A stretch of DNA of 64,000 bases from Escherichia virus TH47. A model generated the notes under the pieces. It was not told the origin of the DNA. It saw only the letters and a list, made by a program, of their open reading frames with translations, and did no database searches. A program made the position numbers and the translations under genes. Positions 39,707 to 49,098 of the stretch are shown here, piece by piece. The stretch is from sequence record MT446416.1; one strand, written 5' to 3'. How positions within the stretch are numbered: the first letter of the stretch is position 1; the number at the start of each line of letters is the position of its first letter.

Positions 39707-41701
39707 TTAATATTTTTTTGTGTATTTTATATTACCAGAGTTGTAAATCTTATAATATCCCAATACATCACAGCAAATTTGTCTCTCAGTTAAGTTAATA
39801 TCATGACCTTTCTTGACCAATTTATGTTTTTGACATTTCTGACGTGAAATCCTCTCATGTGTTTGTGGGTCATAATAAAAATATCCGGGTTCTGTATAGC
39901 TATCAAACTCAAAGCCAAGAACTGTATAAAGATCACCACTACTCCAATCCATATCCGCATATGTCAATAATGATTGTGGATTATATACTGTTTCAAAATA
40001 TTTTAGTAATTTTGATGCACCACCAACAACTGTACCGGATGAACAGTATCTGATTAATTCATATTCATAGTTTTTATCAAACCTTGATTTACCAAAGGTC
40101 ATAACTGCAACTAAATCACTTCCATAGTAAAGTCCAATGTGAATACTTGCTTGTGCAACACCTTGAATATGGTGTGATTTAGTAAACATATTACTTACTT
40201 GTTTGTCTATATTTCTAACAGTACATTTTCTAGCATAAATTCTATTTGACACTAGAAGTTTATTCTTTAAACGTTCCTTGATAATTTTATTTGTTAATGG
40301 GTTATCCCATTCATCTTCATAAATGTGAATAAGATTCACCCCATGTTTTAAACAATCCAATACCTTATCTTGATGTTTAGTGGAATTTACATTTTCATCA
40401 TTATGCCAATACACACCATTAAATTCAATAGCTAGATTACGGTCTGGGATATACACATCCAACTCTTTAGGTTTCAGCACTGAACGGTCGTTTTCTATAA
40501 TTTGCATATTTTGTATTAATGATTTTATATAATCAACTAAATCTTTCTCTTTCAATGAATGACCATTATTTTTCTGACACTTACATTTCACTTTATGATT
40601 TTTATACTTACTATAAAACAATTCATCACAATACTCACACCAAAATGGGTATTCGTCTGTATTAACTTTCATCATTAGGTCGGTGTTTTCAAATAATGGA
40701 ATATAGTTTTTATCAATATTTGCAACAATGATATTATATCTTTCGTCTAGACGAGCAAGTGACATTTTCTCTTTATACTCATCAGTCTGTGAGTAGTGTT
40801 CTGAACCATATCTATTTTTTGTGGTTTCTTTCATTTTTTCAATGATAGAATTATTTTGGGCTGGGTGTTTTACACCATATCGCTCCACATTGGTATTATG
40901 AACTTTTTCCTGAACACTCATATTGCTCATTGGGTAAAATGAATTATACTTCAACGTGTTGGTGTTTTTTATTTTATCTTGGACAATTTTATTTGATAGT
41001 GGATTGCCACCATATCGTTCAAGATTTGTTTTATTGATTTTTTCACGAATCGTCGGTGATGATAAAGAATACTCAGCACCGTATCTTAATATATTTGTGT
41101 TTTTGGCTTTCTCTTTTACTTCATTTCTTTTGCTTTGGAATTCAACACCATACTTTTTTAAATTTGTTGCTTTTACTTTATTGAATATTTCAGAGTTTTG
41201 GTTTGGATATTCACAACCATATCGCTCTATATTAGTTTGTTTGATTTTATCTTTAGTTTCTGATGTTTGTAAATTAGATGAGACACCATAACGCTCAATG
41301 TTAGTTTTTTCTTTCTTTTGTTTTACTTCTTGTATTTGGGACACATTAGATACACCATACATATCCATTAATGTTGATTTTGTTTTATTAGTTCGATTTT
41401 TATAATACATTTCATGGCATACATTACATGTATTTTTCTTATTAATCACATAGTCATCACAAAATTTATAAAATCCTTTTTGGAAATTTTTGTATCTTGC
41501 TTTTTTTCCGCAATATGCAGTTGGAACGGTTGTTATATCATTCATGAACATATATAGAATTTTATATATTTCGAAATCAGTTTTTGGTTCTATTCCAAAA
41601 GTAGAAAGGAGAACCCTCACACGAGAGTCCCCTTTGTATAAATGTACCCATGAATTAATATGTTTTGACAACAAAAGTTTTTTTAATTCTTCATTGTTCA
41701 T
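39707..41701 (-). CDS. repeat-rich endonuclease-like protein with Vsr/DUF559-type PD-(D/E)xK domain (homing-endonuclease candidate)
   Basis: nine tandem ~29-aa repeats with core TN(I/L)ERYG; Cys cluster CEYCDELF...CKC; motif LDVYIPDRNLAIEFNGVYWH. Confidence 0.55.
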   Translation of the reverse strand: MNNEELKKLLLSKHINSWVHLYKGDSRVRVLLSTFGIEPKTDFEIYKILYMFMNDITTVPTAYCGKKARYKNFQKGFYKFCDDYVINKKNTCNVCHEMYYKNRTNKTKSTLMDMYGVSNVSQIQEVKQKKEKTNIERYGVSSNLQTSETKDKIKQTNIERYGCEYPNQNSEIFNKVKATNLKKYGVEFQSKRNEVKEKAKNTNILRYGAEYSLSSPTIREKINKTNLERYGGNPLSNKIVQDKIKNTNTLKYNSFYPMSNMSVQEKVHNTNVERYGVKHPAQNNSIIEKMKETTKNRYGSEHYSQTDEYKEKMSLARLDERYNIIVANIDKNYIPLFENTDLMMKVNTDEYPFWCEYCDELFYSKYKNHKVKCKCQKNNGHSLKEKDLVDYIKSLIQNMQIIENDRSVLKPKELDVYIPDRNLAIEFNGVYWHNDENVNSTKHQDKVLDCLKHGVNLIHIYEDEWDNPLTNKIIKERLKNKLLVSNRIYARKCTVRNIDKQVSNMFTKSHHIQGVAQASIHIGLYYGSDLVAVMTFGKSRFDKNYEYELIRYCSSGTVVGGASKLLKYFETVYNPQSLLTYADMDWSSGDLYTVLGFEFDSYTEPGYFYYDPQTHERISRQKCQKHKLVKKGHDINLTERQICCDVLGYYKIYNSGNIKYTKKY
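40624..41389 (-). repeat. nine tandem ~87-nt coding repeats (ERYG repeats)
   Basis: periodic K.K.TN.ERYG....Q motif in the translated product. Confidence 0.6.
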
Positions 41702-41727
41702 ATAGTTCTCTTTTTAAATGTTTAAAT

Positions 41728-42519
41728 TTATCCGATAATCATTCCAAGTGGTTCCCCACCATCTTTATATCGCTTCAACTGTTCTTTTAGTTGTTCTTGT
41801 AATTGGATACCTTCATTTCTTAATGTATCACCATCCATTGAAAATGTCCCTTGCGGTCCAGGCAATGAAGCAAACTTAGCACGGTTACGACCAAGCATAA
41901 TCATTGCTTCAGACAATGCCCAATCACGAAGCCACGGGTAACTTTGCTGACGTTGGAATAACAATGGTTCTGGGATGTTATGATATACATGTAATAATAC
42001 TTCTTCTGTACCACGAATATCACGATCAATAATAAGTTTCTTAGTCATTTGGTTGAATTGGAATATAATTTCACGTCCAAACATACGACCAACCAATTCT
42101 TGAAATTGAAAGCTGAAATCATATGTTGTTAGGTCATATCCACCTGCATTCCTAGCAGACGTCAATAGATATGTATTTGTGAATGCCAATGAGAATGGGT
42201 CTACGCTGTTACCTGACCCAGAACTTAAATAACCATTACCATAACGATAAATCTTTTTAACAATTTCTACTTCTGTTGGTAGCATATATACCGATTGTGA
42301 ATCATAAAATTTCATATTTAAAAATGCTTCTTCTTTAGAAGCAGAACTCCACGCTCTGTAATTTGATACAGCATTATCAATTGCAATTTCTAATTGACCA
42401 TCAGTAATTTCTACCTCAACTGCACCTGCTCCCAACATTTGAGTGATAACATCTTTCAGTTTTTCACGATGATCAAAATTAGGAGCATCTGGGTTTCCAC
42501 CCATATAATTGTAAGACAT
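41728..42519 (-). CDS. hypothetical protein, possible virion protein
   Basis: 263-aa ORF, GAGGTG RBS. Confidence 0.5.
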   Translation of the reverse strand: MSYNYMGGNPDAPNFDHREKLKDVITQMLGAGAVEVEITDGQLEIAIDNAVSNYRAWSSASKEEAFLNMKFYDSQSVYMLPTEVEIVKKIYRYGNGYLSSGSGNSVDPFSLAFTNTYLLTSARNAGGYDLTTYDFSFQFQELVGRMFGREIIFQFNQMTKKLIIDRDIRGTEEVLLHVYHNIPEPLLFQRQQSYPWLRDWALSEAMIMLGRNRAKFASLPGPQGTFSMDGDTLRNEGIQLQEQLKEQLKRYKDGGEPLGMIIG

Positions 42520-42572
42520 AAAAAAAGCACCTCATTAATGTTTATATATACATTATTTAGAGGTGCTAATAC

Positions 42573-42746
42573 TTATTTTGAATTATACAAGCAGTACAGG
42601 TATACCAACGGAGTAAAATGTTCTGAATCTATAGCATATATTAACTGTGTAACATATATTCCGTATAAATCTCGACTTTTATCTCGGTACATTAACAATG
42701 AATTATTAAAGTATGGGTCAACCCAGTACTTTATATTATTTAACAT
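42573..42746 (-). CDS. small hypothetical protein
   Basis: short ORF filling a 265-nt gap; start uncertain. Confidence 0.25.
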   Translation of the reverse strand: MLNNIKYWVDPYFNNSLLMYRDKSRDLYGIYVTQLIYAIDSEHFTPLVYLYCLYNSK

Positions 42747-42783
42747 CAATGTATTGTTTCTGTATCCTGATAATTTTAAGCAT

Positions 42784-43161
42784 TTAGCCAACTTTTTCAC
42801 AATTACTTAGTAAGTGTGTGATTACATCGGCAGTGAATGGTCCTAGAACTAAAACTTCTTCTCCATTACCGAAGATACTCAATGGTACAGATTGTTGTCC
42901 TGCTAGATATTCGATTTGTTCTAATTCGAAAATGTCATCAGCAGCATAAACAACCTGTTCCATTTCATTATCTTTAATCCATGACTGCCAATGTTCTTTA
43001 AACTGCTTCGCTTCGTATTCCAGCACATAGTTAGGTGATTCTGGATTGTACTGATGTAGCATTGTCATACCAGCCATGACCAGTTCTTTTGGTGATGGAG
43101 TAGAATCTTTCAGTACTACGATAGCTTGGATAGTTTTAACTTTAACGTTTTGAGCAGCCAT
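42784..43161 (-). CDS. hypothetical protein
   Basis: 125-aa ORF, AGAGGT RBS. Confidence 0.5.
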   Translation of the reverse strand: MAAQNVKVKTIQAIVVLKDSTPSPKELVMAGMTMLHQYNPESPNYVLEYEAKQFKEHWQSWIKDNEMEQVVYAADDIFELEQIEYLAGQQSVPLSIFGNGEEVLVLGPFTADVITHLLSNCEKVG

Positions 43162-43173
43162 TAGATACCTCTA

Positions 43174-43482
43174 TTATAGAATGATTTTGTTATCAGGAAC
43201 AATCAGTGCTGGTTTTTCTTCGATAGCCTTGATTGCTTCAACATAAGCTTCAACTAGTGCAGGGTTTGCATCACTGATGCTGATGATGTTGGATTTATAA
43301 AAAATAACGCCTTTTTCAGAACTAATGAATTCTAGGTAATCACGTAGAATGATTTCACCTTGTTCGTCAGTACCTAGCTGTGCTGGGTAGTTAACTACTA
43401 CTGCTTCAGGTGCATCATTTTGTAGAATTGCTAGTACTGGGCCAACGCTGTTGATGTTTAGTAGTTTAACGGTCATAGTCAT
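43174..43482 (-). CDS. hypothetical protein
   Basis: ORF with AAGGA RBS; start at first ATG (track begins at TTG 43491). Confidence 0.45.
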   Translation of the reverse strand: MTMTVKLLNINSVGPVLAILQNDAPEAVVVNYPAQLGTDEQGEIILRDYLEFISSEKGVIFYKSNIISISDANPALVEAYVEAIKAIEEKPALIVPDNKIIL

Positions 43483-43501
43483 TTTTGTCAAGTCCTTTTG
43501 T

Positions 43502-43978
43502 TTATTTTATAATGTATAAGTGTTTTTCTGCATTAACCAGTCTGTGGTCAATGATTTCTTTGATAACGTTCCAGTTACCACCGCCTAAATCGGCTCCAAT
43601 TTTCGGGAAGTGTACATGAACAGTGCGTTCAACGTTACATAAGTAATTGAGTTGTTTGAAAACATCATCGATTGCATCATAACTCACATACTTAGAACCG
43701 TCATTACCATAGTACTTTTGGGTAATGCAGTTTGCGATAAGCAAATCATCACTTATAGAAGAATATGAAATTTGTCCTGTTCTTAGAAATCCCATTTCCT
43801 TTTCATATGCTTTATAATCATCATATGCCATCGGGTAACGATTTCTTAGTTCTTTTGCAAAACCCGAACCCATCTTACCCTGTGCATTACAACCATGAGC
43901 GATTATATGCAACGCGGTTTGATCATCAGTAACAGTGTTGAACAATTCAAACAAATTACCTAGGTGTTCATGTATCAT
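43502..43978 (-). CDS. macrodomain protein, TARG1/OARD1-like (ADP-ribose processing)
   Basis: motifs GNLF, LHIIAHGCNAQGKMGSGFA and FPKIGADLGGGNW align with TARG1 LAHCISEDCRMGAGIA and MPRIGCGLDRLQW; GGAGAA RBS. Confidence 0.75.
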   Translation of the reverse strand: MIHEHLGNLFELFNTVTDDQTALHIIAHGCNAQGKMGSGFAKELRNRYPMAYDDYKAYEKEMGFLRTGQISYSSISDDLLIANCITQKYYGNDGSKYVSYDAIDDVFKQLNYLCNVERTVHVHFPKIGADLGGGNWNVIKEIIDHRLVNAEKHLYIIK

Positions 43979-44029
43979 TATATTCTCCGAAAAGAAAGGA
44001 CTCTGTAATCAGAGTCCTTAATTTATATT

Positions 44030-44272
44030 TTATTCTTCTTCACCGAATCGAATTTTTTTCAATTCTTTTCGTTGTTTGCGAGCAATGGTACTTTTGTGAA
44101 GTCTATTACCACGTTTTGTGTCTTTCGTGATGTACCATGAATCTTCTGGTGCATTATAATCACAATAACCATCTTCTGTAATCGTCCCTAAGAAAGCAGA
44201 CTTTTTAGGAATGGATGTTTGAGCTTTAGCAGCGAATTGGCCTTTTGCTAATTGTTCACGAAAACTGAGCAT
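44030..44272 (-). CDS. hypothetical basic protein
   Basis: start at ATG with GGGAGA RBS (track begins at TTG 44287). Confidence 0.45.
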   Translation of the reverse strand: MLSFREQLAKGQFAAKAQTSIPKKSAFLGTITEDGYCDYNAPEDSWYITKDTKRGNRLHKSTIARKQRKELKKIRFGEEE

Positions 44273-44317
44273 AATAGTATCTCCCAAATTGTTACGAAGA
44301 ACTTGTGTTCTTCATTA

Positions 44318-44560
44318 TTATTTAGGGTTGCTCGAAACCTCTACTGAAGCGATGAATGCCAAAATATCATCTTTACTGAAAGCTTCAATAATATAAGCAA
44401 CCGCTTTATCGTACTGTTCTTTCTTAGTAGTGTATTCTTTCATTTTGTGAATTTTACGTTGTGCTTTAACTTTTGCAGCTTCCATATCAGGCATTTTAAA
44501 TTCAACACCCAATGTGTCAGCTAAATGTTTTGCACGAGATGATACTTTATCAATATTCAT
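44318..44560 (-). CDS. hypothetical protein
   Basis: 80-aa ORF coupled to glutaredoxin gene. Confidence 0.45.
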   Translation of the reverse strand: MNIDKVSSRAKHLADTLGVEFKMPDMEAAKVKAQRKIHKMKEYTTKKEQYDKAVAYIIEAFSKDDILAFIASVEVSSNPK

Positions 44561-44808
44561 TAATTCCAGCGACCTTCTTTAAGACCTTCAACGAAACCAG
44601 TACAGCCACCTGGAACGTAAACATCGTTTACGAAAATTTGTGGAACCTGTCGTACTGGCTCGCCACATAGTTCAGATAGTTTAGCACCATCAATACCAGC
44701 GGTAACAATATCGATAAACTCCATATCAAATTTGTTATTTTCACATACTGCTTTTGCAGTGTCGCAGAATTTACAACCAGTAGTGCGACCATAAATTTTA
44801 ACTTTCAT
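44560..44808 (-). CDS. glutaredoxin/thioredoxin-like protein
   Basis: 82 aa with N-terminal CKFC redox motif and Grx-like length; AAGGGAAA RBS. Confidence 0.65.
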   Translation of the reverse strand: MKVKIYGRTTGCKFCDTAKAVCENNKFDMEFIDIVTAGIDGAKLSELCGEPVRQVPQIFVNDVYVPGGCTGFVEGLKEGRWN

Positions 44809-45208
44809 TTCTTTTCCCTTTATTTCGTTGAAACATCGTAACAGCCTTTATTATACTGTTACACATTCGTTCAGTCAAATACTTTTGACAATCTAGTACA
44901 TCAATGTACATGAACTTATCCAATTCTGGGTGACTTCTACCATATCGGTTTGTGTAAGTACTCTTACACTCTAACTCTTCTGGTATAGGCTTATCTTTGG
45001 CTGTATAGAAAAATAAAACTAAACGTTTCCCCTTTCTATACGATACATCACCAAGAAACAGAAGATCATCTTCATCGATTTCATATCCTGTCTCTTCGTA
45101 GCATTCGCGAACAGCAGCCTCTTTAAATGTTTCTGTACCTTCAGTTTTACCTTTAGGTAAGTCCCAGTGATTCTGTCCGTGTTGTATGCCCGATAAGTAT
45201 CTGACCAT
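44798..45208 (-). CDS. Nudix hydrolase (second copy)
   Basis: Nudix box GKTEGTETFKEAAVRECYEETG; short N-terminus, start uncertain (GTG/ATG at 45211/45208); extended -10 TGGTATAAT just upstream. Confidence 0.65.
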   Translation of the reverse strand: MVRYLSGIQHGQNHWDLPKGKTEGTETFKEAAVRECYEETGYEIDEDDLLFLGDVSYRKGKRLVLFFYTAKDKPIPEELECKSTYTNRYGRSHPELDKFMYIDVLDCQKYLTERMCNSIIKAVTMFQRNKGKRNES

Positions 45209-45317
45209 CACGATAAAATATTATACCACAACTATAACGCATAATCTTATCTCTTTATCATCAAGTGATGTTCAGATACTAGTAATTATATCAGAAGATG
45301 TTAACTTGTCCCAGCTT

Positions 45318-46433
45318 TTAGAACATTTGCTTGATTGCTTCAATACGCAATTCAGCAACAAAATCACGAATCTCTGATGTTTGGAGTTCACCATCTTTCA
45401 CTAACTGCTGAATATCAGGTAATTCAACATCAGTATAACGATCATAAACTTTAATAATCAAATCTTCAAGATCAGAATCAATTTCTTTGTTCAAAATGAA
45501 GTTTTCCAGTACTTTGTAAAGGAAATCTTCGCCACCATTGTTTTTGATATTCATCTCCAGTAAGATTTGTCCCATTTCAACGGGGGTCTTCTTACGGAAG
45601 GTTTTAATATCTTCACGGAAACGCTTGATGTAATTACTAAACTTCACGTACTTAACTGGAACCTTAATAGAACCATTAAGTACTGAATCATTATTTACTT
45701 CTTCATTTTCAAGAAGTACTGTCCATAAGAAATATGGTTTATATTCTTCTGTACAATTTGCAGCGATAGCATCAATTAATTCCAGACGTTTCTTGGTAAC
45801 TGGAACTGTAGTAAATGCCTTTTCGTAATAACCAAATTGTACCAGAGTTTTGATAAACTTGGAAGGGTTTTCTTCAGAAAGTGCTTTTTCGAATTCAACA
45901 AAAACACGATCTGGAACTAGATGGTCTAGTTCACCAGTACTAACCATATCTTTACACATTGTCATAGTATCATCATGGATTGTAAAGTCTGAGTAACGTG
46001 TAGCGAAACGTGCCAAACGTAGTACACGCAATGGATCTTCTTTAAAGTGTTCTGATACATGACGAAGTACTTTGTTCTTGATATCAGCTTTCCCGCCATA
46101 AGGGTCGATGTGAATCTGGAGTACTGGATCATACGCTATGCTATTTACCGTAATATCCCTTCTGTATAGATCTTGCTCTAGTGTCACGCCTTTAGTATTC
46201 ACTTCGAAGCCACCGTAGCCAGTACCAGTTTTACGTTCGGTACGTGCCAATGCGTGCTCATTACCCTCTGGACTTAGATACACTGGAAAATCCTTACCTA
46301 CTTGCTTATAGCCAATACTTTGTAAGTACTTAATATCGGATTCGGTAGCACCGACAATGACATAATCTTTGTCTTTTGCACGAATACCCATTAAACGGTC
46401 CCTCACATAGCCGCCCACCAAATACTTTTTCAT
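45318..46433 (-). CDS. tRNA nucleotidyltransferase (CCA-adding enzyme) / poly(A) polymerase head-domain protein
   Basis: N-terminal GGYVRDRLMG, DKDY and RRDITVNSIAYD motifs; GAGGAAGG RBS. Confidence 0.8.
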   Translation of the reverse strand: MKKYLVGGYVRDRLMGIRAKDKDYVIVGATESDIKYLQSIGYKQVGKDFPVYLSPEGNEHALARTERKTGTGYGGFEVNTKGVTLEQDLYRRDITVNSIAYDPVLQIHIDPYGGKADIKNKVLRHVSEHFKEDPLRVLRLARFATRYSDFTIHDDTMTMCKDMVSTGELDHLVPDRVFVEFEKALSEENPSKFIKTLVQFGYYEKAFTTVPVTKKRLELIDAIAANCTEEYKPYFLWTVLLENEEVNNDSVLNGSIKVPVKYVKFSNYIKRFREDIKTFRKKTPVEMGQILLEMNIKNNGGEDFLYKVLENFILNKEIDSDLEDLIIKVYDRYTDVELPDIQQLVKDGELQTSEIRDFVAELRIEAIKQMF

Positions 46434-47497
46434 AATATACCTTCCTCTGAAAGATGTTTTTTTAATACAGTTAAGTGGTCTTCATAATATGTTACACGTA
46501 TTAATTTAATAAAATTCTTTTCACAATATTGTGTCTTTATAGTATCGTTATCCTTGATGTTTTTCAATTTATCTTCTCCACCCCAATGAGGTGATTTCTC
46601 AAAATGTTGTTTACCATCATACTCAATACAAATATCATAATCAACCAAATAAAAATCAAATCTTAATAACATTTTATTTTTACAGTCACTAAATGTTTGT
46701 TCTTTATTAAATTTTATACCATTTTCAATTAAAAAACGTGTTATTTCTCTACTAGCTCTGGATTCAGTATGTTCAGATGAGCATATTGGGCAACCTTGTT
46801 TTTTATTTTTTGCTATATGAAAATTTGGAATGATATAAAAAGAATTATTATGTTTTTTACAAATTATTTCAACATGAGTGCTACTATTAATGTAGATGAC
46901 TTTTGAATAGTCATATACATTACCATGAATTTCTTTTGCTCGTTCAACAAATTCAGCGGTGGTGAATGCGTGTGCTAATCTGGTTTTTTCAAATCGACAA
47001 ATAGAGCAACCCTGACCACTTTGTATATTACTAATTTCCATTTCATCAACGTGACCACATTTTAAGCATTTATAAGTTAATTTGGTTCTTTTATCTTTAA
47101 TTATTGGTTGTTCTAAAAGTAATTCACATTCACCAGTCATTAGACTTTTTGAAGTCTTATAAAGATAATATCTATAATTTGCATTGTCATATTTCCCAAT
47201 GATATATTTCATACCTTTCGTTTTTATATCATTTATATTTCTTTTTGTATATATAATACCATCTTTTTCAACAACAGTTCTTGTAAAACTAGATTTCCAT
47301 TCATCACTTGATGTTATAGCAAATCCTAAAATATTATATCCTTTTTCTATTATTTCTTCAAAATGTTCTTTAGGTGTTTTTGATGTTTTAATTAATTTTG
47401 GTGATAAATCTTCGGGACGCATCCATTCGAAACGCATACCTAATTCTTCATGGAAATATACCTTCTCGTTATTTTCATTAAAATAAAATTTATACAT
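46430..47497 (-). CDS. Vsr/DUF559-type endonuclease-like protein with zinc ribbon (homing-endonuclease candidate)
   Basis: CLKCGH...CSIC and CPIC Cys pairs; C-terminal LLRFDFYLVDYDICIEYDGKQHFE resembles DUF559 endonuclease motif. Confidence 0.5.
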   Translation of the reverse strand: MYKFYFNENNEKVYFHEELGMRFEWMRPEDLSPKLIKTSKTPKEHFEEIIEKGYNILGFAITSSDEWKSSFTRTVVEKDGIIYTKRNINDIKTKGMKYIIGKYDNANYRYYLYKTSKSLMTGECELLLEQPIIKDKRTKLTYKCLKCGHVDEMEISNIQSGQGCSICRFEKTRLAHAFTTAEFVERAKEIHGNVYDYSKVIYINSSTHVEIICKKHNNSFYIIPNFHIAKNKKQGCPICSSEHTESRASREITRFLIENGIKFNKEQTFSDCKNKMLLRFDFYLVDYDICIEYDGKQHFEKSPHWGGEDKLKNIKDNDTIKTQYCEKNFIKLIRVTYYEDHLTVLKKHLSEEGIL

Positions 47498-47508
47498 TTT
47501 CTAATCTT

Positions 47509-47640
47509 ATTCCCCCATCAACCAATCAAGCAAATGTTCCCAGAATCCTTTAGGCTTATATTCTGGGTATTCATATTCATCAGTTCCTTGTTCGGAAACA
47601 CCCCAATCTTCTTCTAATACTGTAACCACAATGCCTCCAA
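47509..47640 (-). CDS. possible small protein (GTG start)
   Basis: 43-codon ORF with GGAGG RBS filling the gap between genes; not in ORF track. Confidence 0.2.
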
Positions 47641-48063
47641 TTAAATCAATCTGTCACGTAGACGGTCGTAATATTTTGCATGTATATCTAGTATACACTG
47701 AAATGATGGATAGTCAATACTAAATGTATCATCAATGAACATGTACTGATCAAGTGTTTCAGGACCATTATCAACAACTGGCAATGAACCTTCTTTTTTT
47801 GACAGTGTGTTCCACATCAACTCACATGTAGTATCGAAAATTGCGTATGTTAATTCTATCTTACTTTTTCTAAGTGTAATTAATAATTCATCATTCTCTT
47901 CTAACGAGTTTCGTATTTTTATACGTACAGTACCCTGAAATTTATTAGTGGTTAGTACTCTATATTGATTATACGAAATTATACCTCGTATTTCAGTACT
48001 GATTTCTTGTTCAGAAAAGAACCTTACTGTACTGTGGAAATTTGGTATTTTACGAATGTCCAT
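47641..48063 (-). CDS. hypothetical protein, paralogue A
   Basis: shares C-terminal motif YMFIDDTFSIDY with adjacent gene. Confidence 0.5.
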   Translation of the reverse strand: MDIRKIPNFHSTVRFFSEQEISTEIRGIISYNQYRVLTTNKFQGTVRIKIRNSLEENDELLITLRKSKIELTYAIFDTTCELMWNTLSKKEGSLPVVDNGPETLDQYMFIDDTFSIDYPSFQCILDIHAKYYDRLRDRLI

Positions 48064-48457
48064 TCAAATTCCTTTCGTATATATGGTATACGTTCATTAT
48101 ACTATTATATAGATCAAAGTCAAATCCAAATGTGTCATCAATGAACTGATATTGTAGATATTCTTCATATGAAGCATCAATTGGTAATGAGCCATTACGC
48201 ACATCATCTGATTTAAAATCGTCAATGTATCTTAATGTTATGTCTTCATCAACCGTGATATCTATCATCAACGTATCGTCACTGTACCATAGGTTGTGTA
48301 TACGGATGTAAAGTCTCTTAGCACGATTAAACCAAGATACATTGGTATAGCGATGAAGTTTGTCTAAATTGAAGAAAAAACCTGACTCGTTCTTACTTAT
48401 GTTTTTAATATGTTCTGCAATCGGTTCAATTATATGAACAATGTTGAATGTTTTCAT
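48050..48457 (-). CDS. hypothetical protein, paralogue B
   Basis: C-terminal motif YQFIDDTFGFDF; start at ATG coupled to upstream stop (TTATGA). Confidence 0.5.
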   Translation of the reverse strand: MKTFNIVHIIEPIAEHIKNISKNESGFFFNLDKLHRYTNVSWFNRAKRLYIRIHNLWYSDDTLMIDITVDEDITLRYIDDFKSDDVRNGSLPIDASYEEYLQYQFIDDTFGFDFDLYNSIMNVYHIYERNLNGHS

Positions 48458-48639
48458 AAACAAATCTCATAACGGTTTGTGTTTGGATTGTAGCAATAGG
48501 TATCATTAATTTTAACACCAGGTTTAAGTGTGATGGTTGTACCTACTTCAGTACTGGGTTCCGCATCACAGTAAATCATCACACCAACTCCTGCGAGTAA
48601 GGCTATGATACATACAATTACACATATGGTATATTCCAT
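48454..48639 (-). CDS. small single-pass membrane protein
   Basis: 61 aa with hydrophobic helix CVIVCIIALLAGVGVMIY; GAGGAA RBS. Confidence 0.5.
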   Translation of the reverse strand: MEYTICVIVCIIALLAGVGVMIYCDAEPSTEVGTTITLKPGVKINDTYCYNPNTNRYEICL

Positions 48640-48652
48640 TTCAATTCCTCGG

Positions 48653-49045
48653 TTATAAAAAGTAATTGTACATTTTATTGTACAATATAAAAAGGTCTTT
48701 CACATTATCATAAGTAATATTAGATACATCATGAATTAATGATAACTGAAAAAATGATGCTTCGTCTATATCTACTGGGATTATAACATCATCGTCTTCG
48801 TCCATTTTATTGGTGTAGTATTTTATGTGATCAGCATTCATCTCAATAGAGAACGCAAGGTTGGATTTTGTATAATCTTCAATTAATCCGATAAATTTAG
48901 ATTTTTCATTAATAAAAAATCCAATCCCAAAACAACGGTTATCTGAATATGGATAGTACCATCTATTAAAAACTAGGCTTTCAGGTAAATCATCATCATG
49001 TGTTGATACGAGAGATTTTACTACATCTACCCAAACATAATTCAT
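48653..49045 (-). CDS. hypothetical protein
   Basis: 130-aa ORF with GGAG RBS. Confidence 0.5.
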   Translation of the reverse strand: MNYVWVDVVKSLVSTHDDDLPESLVFNRWYYPYSDNRCFGIGFFINEKSKFIGLIEDYTKSNLAFSIEMNADHIKYYTNKMDEDDDVIIPVDIDEASFFQLSLIHDVSNITYDNVKDLFILYNKMYNYFL

Positions 49046-49098
49046 AATTAAAACTCCATAAGAAAAGGGACAGAATTAATCTGTCCCTTTATTATATC

